A stretch of 64,000 nucleotides of DNA, from positions 96,918 through 160,917 of the IMG/VR virus record IMGVR_UViG_3300026549_000035; one strand, written 5' to 3'. The stretch is from a virus. Position numbers and translations under genes: made by a program. The notes beneath the pieces are model-generated. The model saw only the letters and a list, made by a program, of their open reading frames with translations, was not told where the DNA came from and did no database searches. Positions within the stretch are counted from its first letter, which is position 1. Each line of letters begins with the position of its first letter. Positions 11,692-23,057 of this stretch are shown piece by piece.

Positions 11692-11919
11692 TTATTTTTC
11701 TGGTTTTATAGATAACAAATAATTATATACTTTTTCCCAATCTTTAAGCTGTATTTCTAATCCCTGTGGAACGGTAAAAACTGCGTTATTAGGAAAGAGT
11801 TCCTTTAAATCAGTATGAATCTTTTCTATTTCTTCTAAGTCAAAATTTTCGATTTGTGGCTTTACTAAAACAATATCATTAGGTTTAATATTAATTGTTT
11901 CTAAAATATATTTTTCCAT
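11692..11919 (-). CDS. Hypothetical 75-aa protein.
   Basis: ORF with an RBS. Confidence 0.4.
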   Translation of the reverse strand: MEKYILETINIKPNDIVLVKPQIENFDLEEIEKIHTDLKELFPNNAVFTVPQGLEIQLKDWEKVYNYLLSIKPEK

Positions 11920-11943
11920 TCACTTTCTCCTTCCTGTAGCTAA

Positions 11944-12360
11944 CTAATCTGCTACTTCATTCCATATGATATTATTATGTCCTTTTACTTTATATATTTC
12001 TATTTGATTTCCATTTTGTAGATGTTTAAAAAACGGAATAATTAAATCTAAATTTTCTGGAGTTTGGTTATCAGATTTTAACCAGCCTCTTTTTTCCCAA
12101 GAGAACATCCAATTAGTTAAAGTATTTACGCAATATGCGCTATCAGAGTAGACTGTGAGAGGTTTTTGACCTGCGGCCGCAGGTTCTCCATATTTTAAAA
12201 AAGCCCATAAAATAGCTTTTAGTTCTTCTCTATTATTAGTTGTGTTTTTACTTCGTTCACTATAATAAGTGATAGGTTTTTCATTATCATCTAAGACAAC
12301 AACTCCAAATCCTCCTGGACCGGGATTACCTTGACAACTTCCATCAGTATAACAAATCAT
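11944..12360 (-). CDS. rnhA: Ribonuclease HI.
   Basis: YTDGSCQGNPGPGGFGVVV...REELKA..., the RNase H fold motifs. Confidence 0.8.
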   Translation of the reverse strand: MICYTDGSCQGNPGPGGFGVVVLDDNEKPITYYSERSKNTTNNREELKAILWAFLKYGEPAAAGQKPLTVYSDSAYCVNTLTNWMFSWEKRGWLKSDNQTPENLDLIIPFFKHLQNGNQIEIYKVKGHNNIIWNEVAD

Positions 12361-12767
12361 TAGAAAGGAAAATCCTCCTTTTTCTTTTCGTCTTTTATAT
12401 GAACAATAGATATTTTTATATCATCTGAGATTGCTAACACTCTATTAGAACCATTAATAAAAGTTTCATAAATAGCATCAAGAGGATTTTTTATTAATTC
12501 TACATCTTCATTTTCAGAGAACTATATTAATATAATATCCTTGTCTTTATTAAAATTTAATTCTTGTATATCCATTTTTTTCCTCCAAATTAATTGTCTT
12601 TTTATTAAAATTTTTAATATAATATTTTTAGAGTTTAAAAATACATATTTACTTTTATATTATTATTATATTAAAAAATTTAATAAAAATCAAGAGAAAA
12701 AAAATAAAAGGATTAGAATAAAACAAATTTAAAATTGAATTATTCTAATCCTTTATTCTATTAATTA

Positions 12768-14414
12768 TTTACATAAAGCTGAGAAAGTGTTTTTCCCTGC
12801 AATACCATCTGCATATAAGCCTTTACTGTTTTGATAAGACTAAACCGCAGATTTAGTTCCTCCTCCAAAGATTCCATCAAATCCATTTGTTGAATAACCA
12901 TTACAAATTAAAAGACCTTGTAAAGTTTTAGTAATATTTCCCCAATCTCCGTATTGAATATTTACTATTGCATTATTAGTTAAATTTCCATATTGTCCAT
13001 CAACCGCAAGTCCAGCTCCAAATTGTTCATTAAGTTCAGTTTGTAAAGCTTTTACTAAAGCAGCTTTAGTTAAAGGACCATATTGTCCATCAATAGAAAG
13101 ACCAGTGTTATAATTATTATTAAGCCATCTTTGAACTTCTGCAATAGAGGGGTCTCCTTCGTCATTATAATCATAAGAAGGTGTTTCATCTGAAGAAGAT
13201 GATTGTCCATACTTTGGACGACAGCAACAAGAAATATTAGATTTATAACGAGTCTTTAATTGAAAATCATCACATTCTGTTCCGCCATTATTAGCTCCAA
13301 TACAAGTAATAGTTCCATCATTATTTACAGCTACGCAAAGCTCAACATGGTCAAGAGTATTATAACCAAGAGAACTGGCTGGCCAGTAAGAAGAACGTTC
13401 TTTACTCCAAGAGAAAATTACCAAGTCTCCTGGTTGCACATCGTCTGGGCCATATAATTGTCCTGCATTATAAAAATTTTTACATAACGAGCCGCAATCA
13501 GCTACTTTTCCTCCTGGAATTAAATCAAAAGCTCCTGCTTTATAGAATAAATACATCATTCCAGCGCAGCAGCAAGCCACGGCATTAATACTATCATCAA
13601 AGCCACCATACCAATACATAATATCACAGCAGCTACCATGTTCATCATGATTTAATAAACTATAAGCGGTTTTAATTACAGTATCTTCACTGATTTCATT
13701 TTTTATAATTGTTGAATTACTTGTAGAAGAATCAGTTTCTTTTTTATTAATAATTGATGGATAATCTATATAGGCTTTATTTTTATCAATAGTTCCTATT
13801 CCAGAAATAGAATTGCTTTCAAGAACATTAGTTTCTCCACCATATTGCCATAATCCTAATCTATTATATTTATATAAACTAGGACTAGAACTCCATTGAG
13901 CAAACCAACAATCATAATCCTTTTGGATGTGTTCAGAAACCATATTATCAAGAACTGAGTATCCAGTGTATATCATTGGATAATATTCTAAATCTTTTAG
14001 ACCATCAAGAACAATAGTTGATACTTTTGTTAAATTACTTTTATTCCAGCCTCCGTTTTTAGATACATAGTTAGAAGGTTCAATATCTAATGCTATTGGT
14101 AAAGTTGGATAATGTCCTTTTTTCGCTTCTTGTCTAAGAAGTCTATCAATGTGTGCTAATTCACTTTTAGCTTCTTGTTCAGAGCAAGCATATGAGAATA
14201 AATATACTCCCCAAGGCATATCAAGCGCTTCTGCTTTTGCGACATTAGTAGCAAAATATTCATCATCTTGAGATGTCATATCATCTCCGTATCCACATCG
14301 AATCATAACCCAATCAAAGCCAGCGTTTTTAATTGTTTTAAAACTAACATCCCCATTAAATTCAGAAACATCTACACCTTTTGTATTTTTAATATTAGCC
14401 ATATTATAATTCAC
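12768..14414 (-). CDS. Endolysin: GH25 muramidase, CHAP domain and three peptidoglycan-binding repeats. The third repeat lies beyond a TAG at 12840.
   Basis: N-terminal GH25 motifs (GVDVSEFNG...DWVMIRCGYG); a Cys/His CHAP segment; and QRWLNNNYNTGLSIDGQYGPLTKAAL repeats. After the TAG the frame continues as SYQNSKGLYADGIAGKNTFSQL. Confidence 0.75.
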
Positions 14415-14435
14415 CTCACTATAAAAATAAAAGTC

Positions 14436-14462
14436 TAGTAGTTAAAACTACTAGACTTACAT
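14436..14462 (-). terminator. Terminator hairpin after phoH, before the endolysin RBS.
   Basis: AGTCTAGTAG-TTTTAA-CTACTAGACT followed by TTTATTTTTAT on the minus strand. Confidence 0.5.
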
Positions 14463-14880
14463 TAAGTTCGCTATTTCAGCGATTCGACTTCTATGAATTT
14501 TCTTTAATTCAATTTCACCATAAATATCTTTACCTCGAAAGACCTAAGATGCTCTACGCATACCGTTTCGAGAGCCTTCATAATCAATTAAATCAACTTG
14601 ACTCTTGGTATCTCCATCAAGAATAACTATTGAATCTTCTCCAACTCTTTGAAGAGCTAATTTTAATAATTCTACATCTAAATTCTAAGCTTCTGTTATA
14701 TAAATACCTGCGTTCATACCAGAAGTATCGTAACCTCTAATATCACTCATAGGTAGTAAAATTAATTTATTTTCATCAATCAATTGTTCTACTCCAATAG
14801 TGCCTCCTAGTTTACTAGCTAAAAAATTACCAATTTGAGAATCTAATAATTTTTCATCTTTAGACCCTGGATAAACATAA
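14456..14880 (-). CDS. phoH: PhoH-like ATPase (PIN-PhoH, PhoH2 type), exon 2; 2 in-frame TAG.
   Basis: YVYPGSKDEKLLDSQIGNF...IYITEA-TAG-NLDVELLKL...GDTKSQVDL. The TAG lies at the Q of the PhoH DEAQN Walker B motif. Confidence 0.7.
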
Positions 14881-16176
14881 CATTATATTTTTCAATATAA
14901 ACCTGACTATATCTTATTCTAAACTTTGCTTTAATTTTAAATAAAGCTAATATTTTCTATTTAAATGAATTGGACAATCTTTATATAAAATATTTAAAAT
15001 AGATAAAACCTATTTTCTACCTCTCCATTCAGCATGCCAAGCAGAAGTAAAAAATATTTTATTAGATTTTTTCTTATGAATAATCTTATCTATTTCTTTT
15101 TGAAAATCTTTTACTACAGATTCATAATATGAAGTAAATCCAAAAGTAACATCAGTAGAATAATTCTCAGAACAATAAAAATTTCCATCACCATCAAATA
15201 ATCCTAATAAAAAAGATGTAATATATTGTTTTGGAATTTTTTCAAAAGGAATATGTTTTGAAAGATAAGTTTTATTAGGAACAATTCCAAAATTAATTAA
15301 ATCTTGATATATCTATTCGCTAACAAATTCAACAGAGCAACAAACGCTATTTATTCTTTTGTCATAAATAATTTTAGAATCAATCTATAAACATTCTTTA
15401 AATTTTTCTAATATTTCTTTATCTTTTTCCTATAACTATAATCTAATTCTCCCTGTATGACGATAATGATCAATATTGCCATCTGTATATAAAAAACCTA
15501 GCCAATAGGCTTTTTCGTGTGAATTAATTTCTGAAAAATAATTATTTTTTATTCGTTTATTAATTCTATTATAGTTTCTTTCAAAACCATGTTCTTCTTT
15601 TATTCTTCTTAAAGTTGTTTTATCTAAAAGATATTTTTTAGATAATTCAATATCAGAAATACCATTTTTTAAATCTTTTTCATATTCTATTAACTATTTT
15701 TTTGATAATTCTTTTTTCTTTCTTCCGCCTCGAATAGTAATATTATTTTTTGTTAAGATTTTTTGAATTCGATAATAACTAAAAGGGTATTCCTACGATA
15801 ATTTTTTTATAGATTTACCATTTAAATATTCTTCAATAATTTTATTTTCCATAATATTTTTAAAACTCTTTTATTTTTTCTATATAATTATGGAAAAATT
15901 TTAATTTTACTTTTCGTTTTTTGTCCAAAACTTTTCGTTTAGAATCCACGCGCTTCGGTATATATACCTACTCTACTTAGTTCATTTTTTTTATAAAATG
16001 CTGTTCGATAGTCGATGAACCTTTTTCTATTCGAAACTTGGCTGCTGATTACCCAATTCTTATAATTTTTAAACATTCACGCTTAATTTTATTTCATATT
16101 GACGTTGTAGTTTATAAGACTCTAAGGGAGTTCCAGCAATTCACGTGGTTTTATACTTGAGCCTTATCCATTTTTT
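14881..16176 (-). mobile_element. Group I intron in phoH, carrying a LAGLIDADG homing endonuclease.
   Basis: Exon 1 ...AKLG+tt after U, then TAA; the intron ends in G, and exon 2 t|tat gtt restores LGFYVYPGS, matching the PhoH LGFLPGD motif. Confidence 0.55.
14913..15852 (-). CDS. LAGLIDADG homing endonuclease with an N-terminal HTH; 9 in-frame TAG.
   Basis: Manual translation MENKIIEEYLNGKSIKKLSQ...AYWLGFLYTDGNI...LLGLFDGDGNF.... Confidence 0.65.
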
Positions 16177-16177
16177 A

Positions 16178-17021
16178 ACCCAAGTTTTGCAGAATTTCTA
16201 GTAGCTACTGTATTACAAAAGATAACAATTTGATTAATTTTTCCTCTTTCTAATAAAGAAAATAAATAACCTAAAGCTAAATGAGATTTTCCTGTTCCCG
16301 CAGAACCTTTTATAATGGTAATTTTATTATGAGTTAAACTATCAGCAACCATAGCTTGATAAATATCTCCTTTAAAAGGCTTAATTTCACCTAATTGCTT
16401 AGAAGAAAAAACTCGATTATATGATAATTGACGGAAGTTTTCTCCTGTCCAACATAAAGTATCTACTCTATCTCCATCAGTATTATAAATATTTAAATAT
16501 TGATTAATAAGTATTTGTAATTTTTCTCCATATTCTTCAGGATTTGAATAAAAATCTGCCATTTCTTCATCTTCAAGCTATATTTCTAAATAGCCAGAAT
16601 AACTATCTTCATTATCTTCATTAACACTTAAAATCTGACAAGGTTTTAAAAAGATAGTTGCAATCATCTTTAAAGAAAGGTCGTTTGTATAAAAATAAAA
16701 ATCTTTTATTTTATATTTTTCTTGATAATCAATTGCGGACCCAAGGATACGCATATCATTATTTATTTCTAAATCCTACTCTTTTAAGCAGTTAATCATA
16801 TGGTCTTTATAAATATAACAAATAAACTTACTATTGTTTTCATCTAAAACGTGTAATAATTTCCGAGCTATATATTTTGTATGAGAATCTTTATTTATTG
16901 AAACTTTTATATGCTCCAATTCTTGTAATGTAATAGAAGAAATTACGATAGTATCATTTTCATTTTCAAATAATTGTTCAGCCATTAGTAATAAACTGCT
17001 TGTATCATAAAACTTAATCAT
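16178..17021 (-). CDS. phoH: PIN-PhoH ATPase, exon 1 (PIN domain plus Walker A); in-frame TAG present.
   Basis: PIN-like MIKFYDTSSLLLMAEQL...; GSAGTGKSHLALGYLFSL Walker A. Confidence 0.65.
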
Positions 17022-17330
17022 TTGATTCTTCTTCCTCTTCTTCCTCTAATACAGCAAATCCAATCTATGAAAGATTGTTGTTACTATTAGTTTTTTCTTT
17101 TAATTCTTCTATTTGCTGTTGACTTTTAGCAATTTTTAATGCCATATAGTTTTTCCAAACTTCAAACTATGTCAAAAATAAACCTATTAGTCCATCTATG
17201 AGTGGAAAAATCCATTGAATAAAAACAATTCCAAGAAGGAAAACGATAATAATATTTATAAATATCATCCTTTCTGCTTTAGTTTTCATATAATGTGAAA
17301 AAATGAGTAATAAAATTATTTATTTTTGAC

Positions 17331-17761
17331 CTATAGGTTATTTTTCTCTCTATTGCGTCTAATTTTTTTATAAAAAATTTCTTTATCTTTAAGGTAATCT
17401 TTTAACTGTTGTTTTTCATATTCTAATACTTTTTTAGTATCTTCAATATCTTTTTTTGTCATTTCTATATGACTTATTAATCTTCGAACTTCATAACTTT
17501 CTGAATTAAAATATTTACTTGTATTAATAGAGTAATAAAATCTTTTTAAGGCTTTTAATTCAATTCTTAGTTTATCACGAAAATCTTGTAATGCCATAAT
17601 ATAAGCTCGTTTCTCAGCAATAAAACAGCCAGTTTTTTCACTCATCATATCTCGGTCTTCTGGAGAACAATTCGCTATTCCATAGTAAGTTTTTTCTTTA
17701 TCCTATATGACACAAAGGGCTGTTCCTTCTTCTGGATCCCAACTAAATATTGGTCTTTTCA
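17331..17761 (-). CDS. Hypothetical protein; 1 in-frame TAG near the N-terminus.
   Basis: MKRPIFSWDPEEGTALCVIQDKEKTYYGIANCSPEDRDMMSEKTG... in the same frame as track ORF 17331..17648. Confidence 0.4.
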
Positions 17762-17943
17762 TTTTAATAATTCTCTCCTTTTAATATTTTTTCTATAAAT
17801 ATTATAGCAAAAAAATATTTGAAAAGCAAATATCCCCCTTTTACTAAAAAAAATTGCTATAGGCGGGAAGAACCGAACTACGGTCGTTAGCGGAATCTAA
17901 GGACAAAAAAAAGAGAGTAGATCTCTCTACTCTCTTAGTCTTC

Positions 17944-19413
17944 TTATTCAGAAGTCGGAGGGGTGGCAGCTTTACCACCAAAATAACCAGCCAGCATAGA
18001 CCCAAGATCAATACCGGTAGCATCCTTAACGCCATGAATGACCTTGCTAACAGTAGTAGTAATATCACCAACTAATTTAGAAGAATTATTTTCACCATAC
18101 ATGGTAATAGAATCTACATTTGCAAGAGGAGCAGAAGCAGCAGCAGTCATTTCAGGAAGTGCTTTCATAAGCATTTCTACAATAGAAGCATCTTTCATTT
18201 TAGCTTGAGCTTCTGCTTTCTTCTCAATACCTGCGGCTTCCGCTTCGCCCTTAGCCTTAATAGCAGCAGCTTCAGCATCACCCTTAGCCTTAATAGCAGC
18301 AGCTTCAGCTTCAGCAGCATATCTTTCGGCATCAGCCGCAGCTTTACGAGCTTCAGCTTCTTTTTGAGCTACAAGCAGGGCAGCTTCTGCTTCTTGCTCA
18401 CGCTCATACTTTTCAGCTTCTGCTTCTCTCTGACGGGCCGCAAGTTTTGCTTCAGCCTCCTTTTCAGCCTTATACTTTTCAGCATCAGCCTGTTTGCGAA
18501 CTATAGCATCAAGCTCATACTCTTTTAATTCAATCTCTTTTTGCTTAAGCTCAGCTTCACGCTCAGCCTTTGCGATGTTTGCATTAGTTTCTGCAACATC
18601 TTTCAACTTACGCTGATTCTCAGCCTCAATACTCTTTGCGGCTTCAGCGCGAGCTTTTTCAGTATCAGCTTCTTTTTGTAAATTAGCCTGTTTAATAGCT
18701 AAAGCATTATTGCGTTCAGCCATCTCTTCCGCAGCTTTAACCTTAGCATCATTTGAAGCTTTGGCTGCTTCAGCCTGCGCGATTTCTACATCTCGGTCAG
18801 CCTGCGCTTTAGCAATCGCCGCATCTTTCTTAATGCGAGCAGTATTGTCAGCACCAAGGTCTCGAATAAGACCATTATCATCTGTAACATTCTGAATATT
18901 ACAAGACAAAATTTCAATACCGAGTCTTTCCATATCCTTTGAAGCTTTTTGCATTACCTGGTCAGAGAAAGAATCTCTATCGGTATTAATGCTCTTCAAA
19001 CTCAATGTGCCGATAATCTCACGCATATTACCCTGTAAAGAGTCTTGCAGATCTAAAGTAATTCCTTCTGGACTTTTATTTAGGAAGTTCTTAGCCGCAA
19101 GAGAAATACCTTCAGGTGTAGGTAAGATACGAACTTTGGCAACCGCGTCTACATTAACATTGATAAAATCATTCGTAGGAACGGACTGTTCTGTCTTAAT
19201 ATCTACAGTCATCTGACCAAGATACAATTTATCTAGACGTTCCAAGAAAGGAATTTTTACACCAGCTCGTCCAATTAAGGTTCGCCCCTTTTTCTTAAAA
19301 CCAGAAATAATATACGCCTGATCCGGTGGGGCTTTTACATAGCCAGTAGCAAATAAGATAATTACTAAAATAGCAATTATTCCGCCGATAATGTAGGGAA
19401 GATAAGTTGTCAT
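17944..19413 (-). CDS. SPFH/band-7 (flotillin/YqiK-like) protein with a long A/E/K-rich coiled-coil tail; GC-richer than the local background.
   Basis: N-terminal TM, an SPFH core (ISGFKKKGRTLIGRAGVKIPFLERL...), 489 aa with no TAG. Confidence 0.7.
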   Translation of the reverse strand: MTTYLPYIIGGIIAILVIILFATGYVKAPPDQAYIISGFKKKGRTLIGRAGVKIPFLERLDKLYLGQMTVDIKTEQSVPTNDFINVNVDAVAKVRILPTPEGISLAAKNFLNKSPEGITLDLQDSLQGNMREIIGTLSLKSINTDRDSFSDQVMQKASKDMERLGIEILSCNIQNVTDDNGLIRDLGADNTARIKKDAAIAKAQADRDVEIAQAEAAKASNDAKVKAAEEMAERNNALAIKQANLQKEADTEKARAEAAKSIEAENQRKLKDVAETNANIAKAEREAELKQKEIELKEYELDAIVRKQADAEKYKAEKEAEAKLAARQREAEAEKYEREQEAEAALLVAQKEAEARKAAADAERYAAEAEAAAIKAKGDAEAAAIKAKGEAEAAGIEKKAEAQAKMKDASIVEMLMKALPEMTAAASAPLANVDSITMYGENNSSKLVGDITTTVSKVIHGVKDATGIDLGSMLAGYFGGKAATPPTSE

Positions 19414-19622
19414 TTACATTTCTCCTTTTATTATTTAATTTTAATTATATCAAAATTATCTAAAATATTAAAATCACTTAAAGAAGTATCTTTAAATTTT
19501 TTTTTCTAAAAGATCATATAAATCAAATCTACTTCTATACCCATATTGAAGAAAAGATTTTTTTTGTTTAATATTTTGATAATTATTATACCATTTAGCC
19601 TTTTTCTTTAAACGTTTTTTCA

Positions 19623-20093
19623 TTAAAGCATTTCCTTACATTCTTTAACTTTTTTATTCATATCTTCAATAATTTGATCAATATGAACAGGGGTGCAATT
19701 ATGAGAGTCTACACCCACATGAAACATAAAGGGTATATCTTGATAAAAATTTGTCTGTTGGTGTGTATGTCCATAAAGATTACAGGTGCATTGTTTTAGA
19801 CTCTCTTTTTCAAGATTTCCAGTAAAACAAGGATAATGCGTCATAAAAAAATGATATCCTTTATATTTTAGCCTTGCGGCAAGCGCCACCTCAACCACAT
19901 TCTCACATTCCCTATAAAGAGATTCTCGAGTAGGAGTGTCATGATTTCCTAAGATAATATGAATTTTTCCATTTAAAGATTGAAGAAGTTTAATACCTTT
20001 TTCATTATCATTAAGCATAACATCACCAAGAAGATATACTTCATCTTCTGACAACACTTTTAAATTCCACCTTTTAACAATAGCATCATTCAT
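19623..20093 (-). CDS. Calcineurin-like metallophosphoesterase. The N-terminus may extend upstream through a TGA or frameshift.
   Basis: LLGDVM...ILGNHDTP...GHTH motifs. Confidence 0.6.
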   Translation of the reverse strand: MNDAIVKRWNLKVLSEDEVYLLGDVMLNDNEKGIKLLQSLNGKIHIILGNHDTPTRESLYRECENVVEVALAARLKYKGYHFFMTHYPCFTGNLEKESLKQCTCNLYGHTHQQTNFYQDIPFMFHVGVDSHNCTPVHIDQIIEDMNKKVKECKEML

Positions 20094-20213
20094 ATCTTCA
20101 ATATTATTAAAACCACGAGGCTCATATACAAAACCACGATTATGACTGAAGTGGCTAATGCAAATCTGAAGTGACCCAAATATTTTTTTGTGTGCTCAGA
20201 TTTGACATATCAT

Positions 20214-20917
20214 CATCTCCTTTTTTTAGATGTAATAGCATCTATTACATTCATTCCATTTTTTAATCTTCTATAAACAGTTGTTCTACTAATATTATAA
20301 ATTTTACACCAATCAGTAATATTATGTCGTTCTCCATTTATGATTGGATTTTTATTATTATATTCTTTAATTACTTCTTGACTAGTTAAAGAATCTGGTT
20401 CAATTATATTATTATCTTTGTCAATTTTACGAATAATATAATCTTTAATTTTAGAATATCTTTTATTGCCTTTTATACATTGATGAATAGAACTTCTATC
20501 TGTCTTTAAGGCAATAGCTGCTTCACTAACTGAATCGTATATAGTTTGAGATAAATCATTAATATTAATAGCTACTACTTTAGTTTTTAGATTATTTCTA
20601 ATATTTTCATCTGATAAAGCATTATGTGTTTCACAACTTTGATTATAGCCTTTAATATCAGACTAATATTTTTGGATTTGTTGTTTTTCATATTCTTCCA
20701 TATCAAATCGAGTTTTAAAATTAGTAGCAATTATTTCAAAATAAAAATTTTCAATACCATATTTTCTAAAAGCACAATAGAGAGGATAATTATAAGTTAT
20801 TGAATTTTTATTTTGAGAATTACTTTTATGTTCTCGCCATCTTCTTTCTGGGTTATTGCTAGACCCAATATAGACTTTATTATTAATTAAATTTGTAATT
20901 TTATAAACTGAAAACAT
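20214..20917 (-). CDS. Free-standing GIY-YIG homing endonuclease (I-TevI-like, C-terminal DNA-binding domain); 1 in-frame TAG.
   Basis: VYKITNLINNKVYIGSSNNPERRWREH; the frame continues after the TAG at 20663. Confidence 0.6.
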
Positions 20918-21005
20918 TTTTACATTCCTCCTTTATAAATATAGAAGAATAATTTAAATGTTTTATTTACTTTTGACCTACAGAAGATCTGAGGTTACAT
21001 AAATA

Positions 21006-21485
21006 TTATTCATCTTCTGGCACCTCAACATATTTTACATCAAAAATTCTGTTTTCATCCTCTTCTGGACGTTCAAATTGTGACCACATTCGTCTAATAA
21101 CATAATTTGGCACATATTTTCGCCCTGAGCGTTGAGCATTTCGTTTTAAGGCTTCAGCTAAAGATGGGCGCACAACTAAAACAGTTATATTTTCAACATT
21201 AGTTAAATCTAAAGCATTTAATACTTTATCTCTAGACTTTTTTGTTAAATGAGTCGCATCGCAATAGATTTCTTTTGGACCTTCTTCATTATCTATCGCC
21301 TTTTGGATTTTTTGAATAAAGGTTGCAAAAACTTCATCTTCTTTTGCAAAATAATCATCAAAATCTCCGATTAAGCTAAAACGAATTTCATCCCTAGAAA
21401 TAACTATTGCATTTGAAACGTTTTTTTGTAGCCAAGAACTTTTTCCACTTCCTGCTACGCCGCACATTAAAAACAAATGTTTCAT
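21006..21485 (-). CDS. P-loop kinase (polynucleotide kinase-like).
   Basis: MCGVAGSGKSSW Walker A at the N-terminus; a DxxR-like lid. Confidence 0.55.
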   Translation of the reverse strand: MKHLFLMCGVAGSGKSSWLQKNVSNAIVISRDEIRFSLIGDFDDYFAKEDEVFATFIQKIQKAIDNEEGPKEIYCDATHLTKKSRDKVLNALDLTNVENITVLVVRPSLAEALKRNAQRSGRKYVPNYVIRRMWSQFERPEEDENRIFDVKYVEVPEDE

Positions 21486-21778
21486 ACTATCTCCTTTAAA
21501 GATTCATTTTTTATATACATAATAGATTCCATAGCTTCTTCTTTATATAATCCTTTATTAAAATTCTCTTTAAATTTTTCTACTTCTTCAAAATTTCTAA
21601 CTTCGATATGATTTACGGTTGTTTTACAATAAGGACAATAAAGAGCTTTACGATGATTTTTACTATGCAAATGTCCTCTATGTCTCCAAATGGGAATTCC
21701 CTTATGACCGCAATTTAAACAATAAAAAGAGTGATCTTCATATTTAGAAATTGAATTTTTTCTTGTTGATTTAGCCAA
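21482..21778 (-). CDS. Zinc-ribbon protein (hypothetical).
   Basis: CLNCGHKG...CPYCKTT; ATGA overlap with the downstream gene. Confidence 0.4.
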   Translation of the reverse strand: MAKSTRKNSISKYEDHSFYCLNCGHKGIPIWRHRGHLHSKNHRKALYCPYCKTTVNHIEVRNFEEVEKFKENFNKGLYKEEAMESIMYIKNESLKEIV

Positions 21779-21782
21779 AAGA

Positions 21783-22526
21783 TTATTCCTCCTCTTTTTT
21801 CTTCATAAAATTTTTATCATAAATAGGAATTGCTATCATTTCATCAAGATCATATAATACTGTTGCGCCAGTATAAAAAACACCGTTATCAATATCAATT
21901 TTATGACCATTACAATAAATTTTTGCTTGAGGTTTAGTAGAATTATATTCTTCTTTATAAGATATTTTTCTTATAAGATATTCTATAGGAGTATGACCAT
22001 GAATACAAATATCATTTGGATACTTTTCTTCGTTCCATTTTTCATAAAAATGAGCGCGACTCCAGAGAAGATCATCGCCCCAAGGGAAAGTGCCAACTGT
22101 AAAGCCAGCGTGAGACATATGGAAAGTAATACCCTGTTTATTAGTATATTCGGCTTGTAAAGGTAATTTATTTAAATGAGTTGCCCAAGCTAAATCAGCT
22201 CCGTCTTCTAGCCACTCATAAAAAGTTTTATTTCCGCCATTACTAAACCATAGTTCCATAGGGCTATAATAAGCGTCAAACTCTTCTCCAAGATGTTGTC
22301 GTAAAGCATGAATCATCATATCTTCATGATTACCCTTAAGATAAAACCATTGAGGATTATTATAAATGGCTTTCATTGTTTTAAAACAAGCATAACCTCG
22401 ATCTGCTGCATCACCAAGAAAGTATACAATATCATCAGGTTTAAGGATTTCGCAAACTTGTTCATATATATTATACATTCCATGTATATCTGCTATTGCA
22501 TAATGTTTAGCCATTTTTATCACCAT
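21783..22526 (-). CDS. Ser/Thr-type metallophosphatase (lambda PPase/PrpA-like).
   Basis: ADIHGM...FLGDAADRG...GNHEDMM motifs. Confidence 0.7.
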   Translation of the reverse strand: MVIKMAKHYAIADIHGMYNIYEQVCEILKPDDIVYFLGDAADRGYACFKTMKAIYNNPQWFYLKGNHEDMMIHALRQHLGEEFDAYYSPMELWFSNGGNKTFYEWLEDGADLAWATHLNKLPLQAEYTNKQGITFHMSHAGFTVGTFPWGDDLLWSRAHFYEKWNEEKYPNDICIHGHTPIEYLIRKISYKEEYNSTKPQAKIYCNGHKIDIDNGVFYTGATVLYDLDEMIAIPIYDKNFMKKKEEE

Positions 22527-22897
22527 CCATATCCCAATCTTTTTTTAGGTATCCATTTTACTTTAGTCCAATCCGTCTTATCATCTTTTACCTCTTGGAT
22601 ATTATTCCAAACTCCAGAGTATTCTACAATAAATTTATTAACTTTTTCAAAAAGTTTCCAACCTTTATCAAAATTATCAATAAAAAATCCTTGATATACT
22701 CCAGTTTTAAGGTCTCTTATTTCAAGTACAACAGTAAGAACTCCACCAGAACCATCATCAAATGCCTCCCAAAAATCTTGAATTTGACGTACAATAAAAC
22801 GACCTCGCCAAAGATTGTCATTAAGAATATTTTTGTTTAACATTCTTACATAATGATTTATTTTTCTTTGTTCATGTTTTCTTATTTTATTTTTCAT
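22520..22897 (-). CDS. Hypothetical protein.
   Basis: ORF. Confidence 0.35.
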   Translation of the reverse strand: MKNKIRKHEQRKINHYVRMLNKNILNDNLWRGRFIVRQIQDFWEAFDDGSGGVLTVVLEIRDLKTGVYQGFFIDNFDKGWKLFEKVNKFIVEYSGVWNNIQEVKDDKTDWTKVKWIPKKRLGYGW

Positions 22898-23003
22898 AGT
22901 ATCAACTCCTTATTTTTAATCAGATTTAATTATATCAGTATTTATTTCTTTGATTAATTTTATTGGAATTTGAATTGTATTATTATTAATAATTTTCTTT
23001 TTC

Positions 23004-23046
23004 ATTTTCTATATATATTATATCATATTTTTTATAAAAAATCAAA
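23004..23046 (-). promoter_or_regulatory. Promoter repeat copy 1. Other copies lie at about 26296, 30655, 34097, 43109, 47029, 49277, 49701, 53572, 56987, 57433, 57657 and 62648.
   Basis: Consensus ATTTTCTATATATATTATA-N6-8-TTTTTTATAAAAATCAA on the plus strand, which is TTGATT-N17-TATAAT on the minus strand. A hairpin terminator is often immediately 5' of it. Confidence 0.55.
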
Positions 23047-23057
23047 GGGTGATTTTT

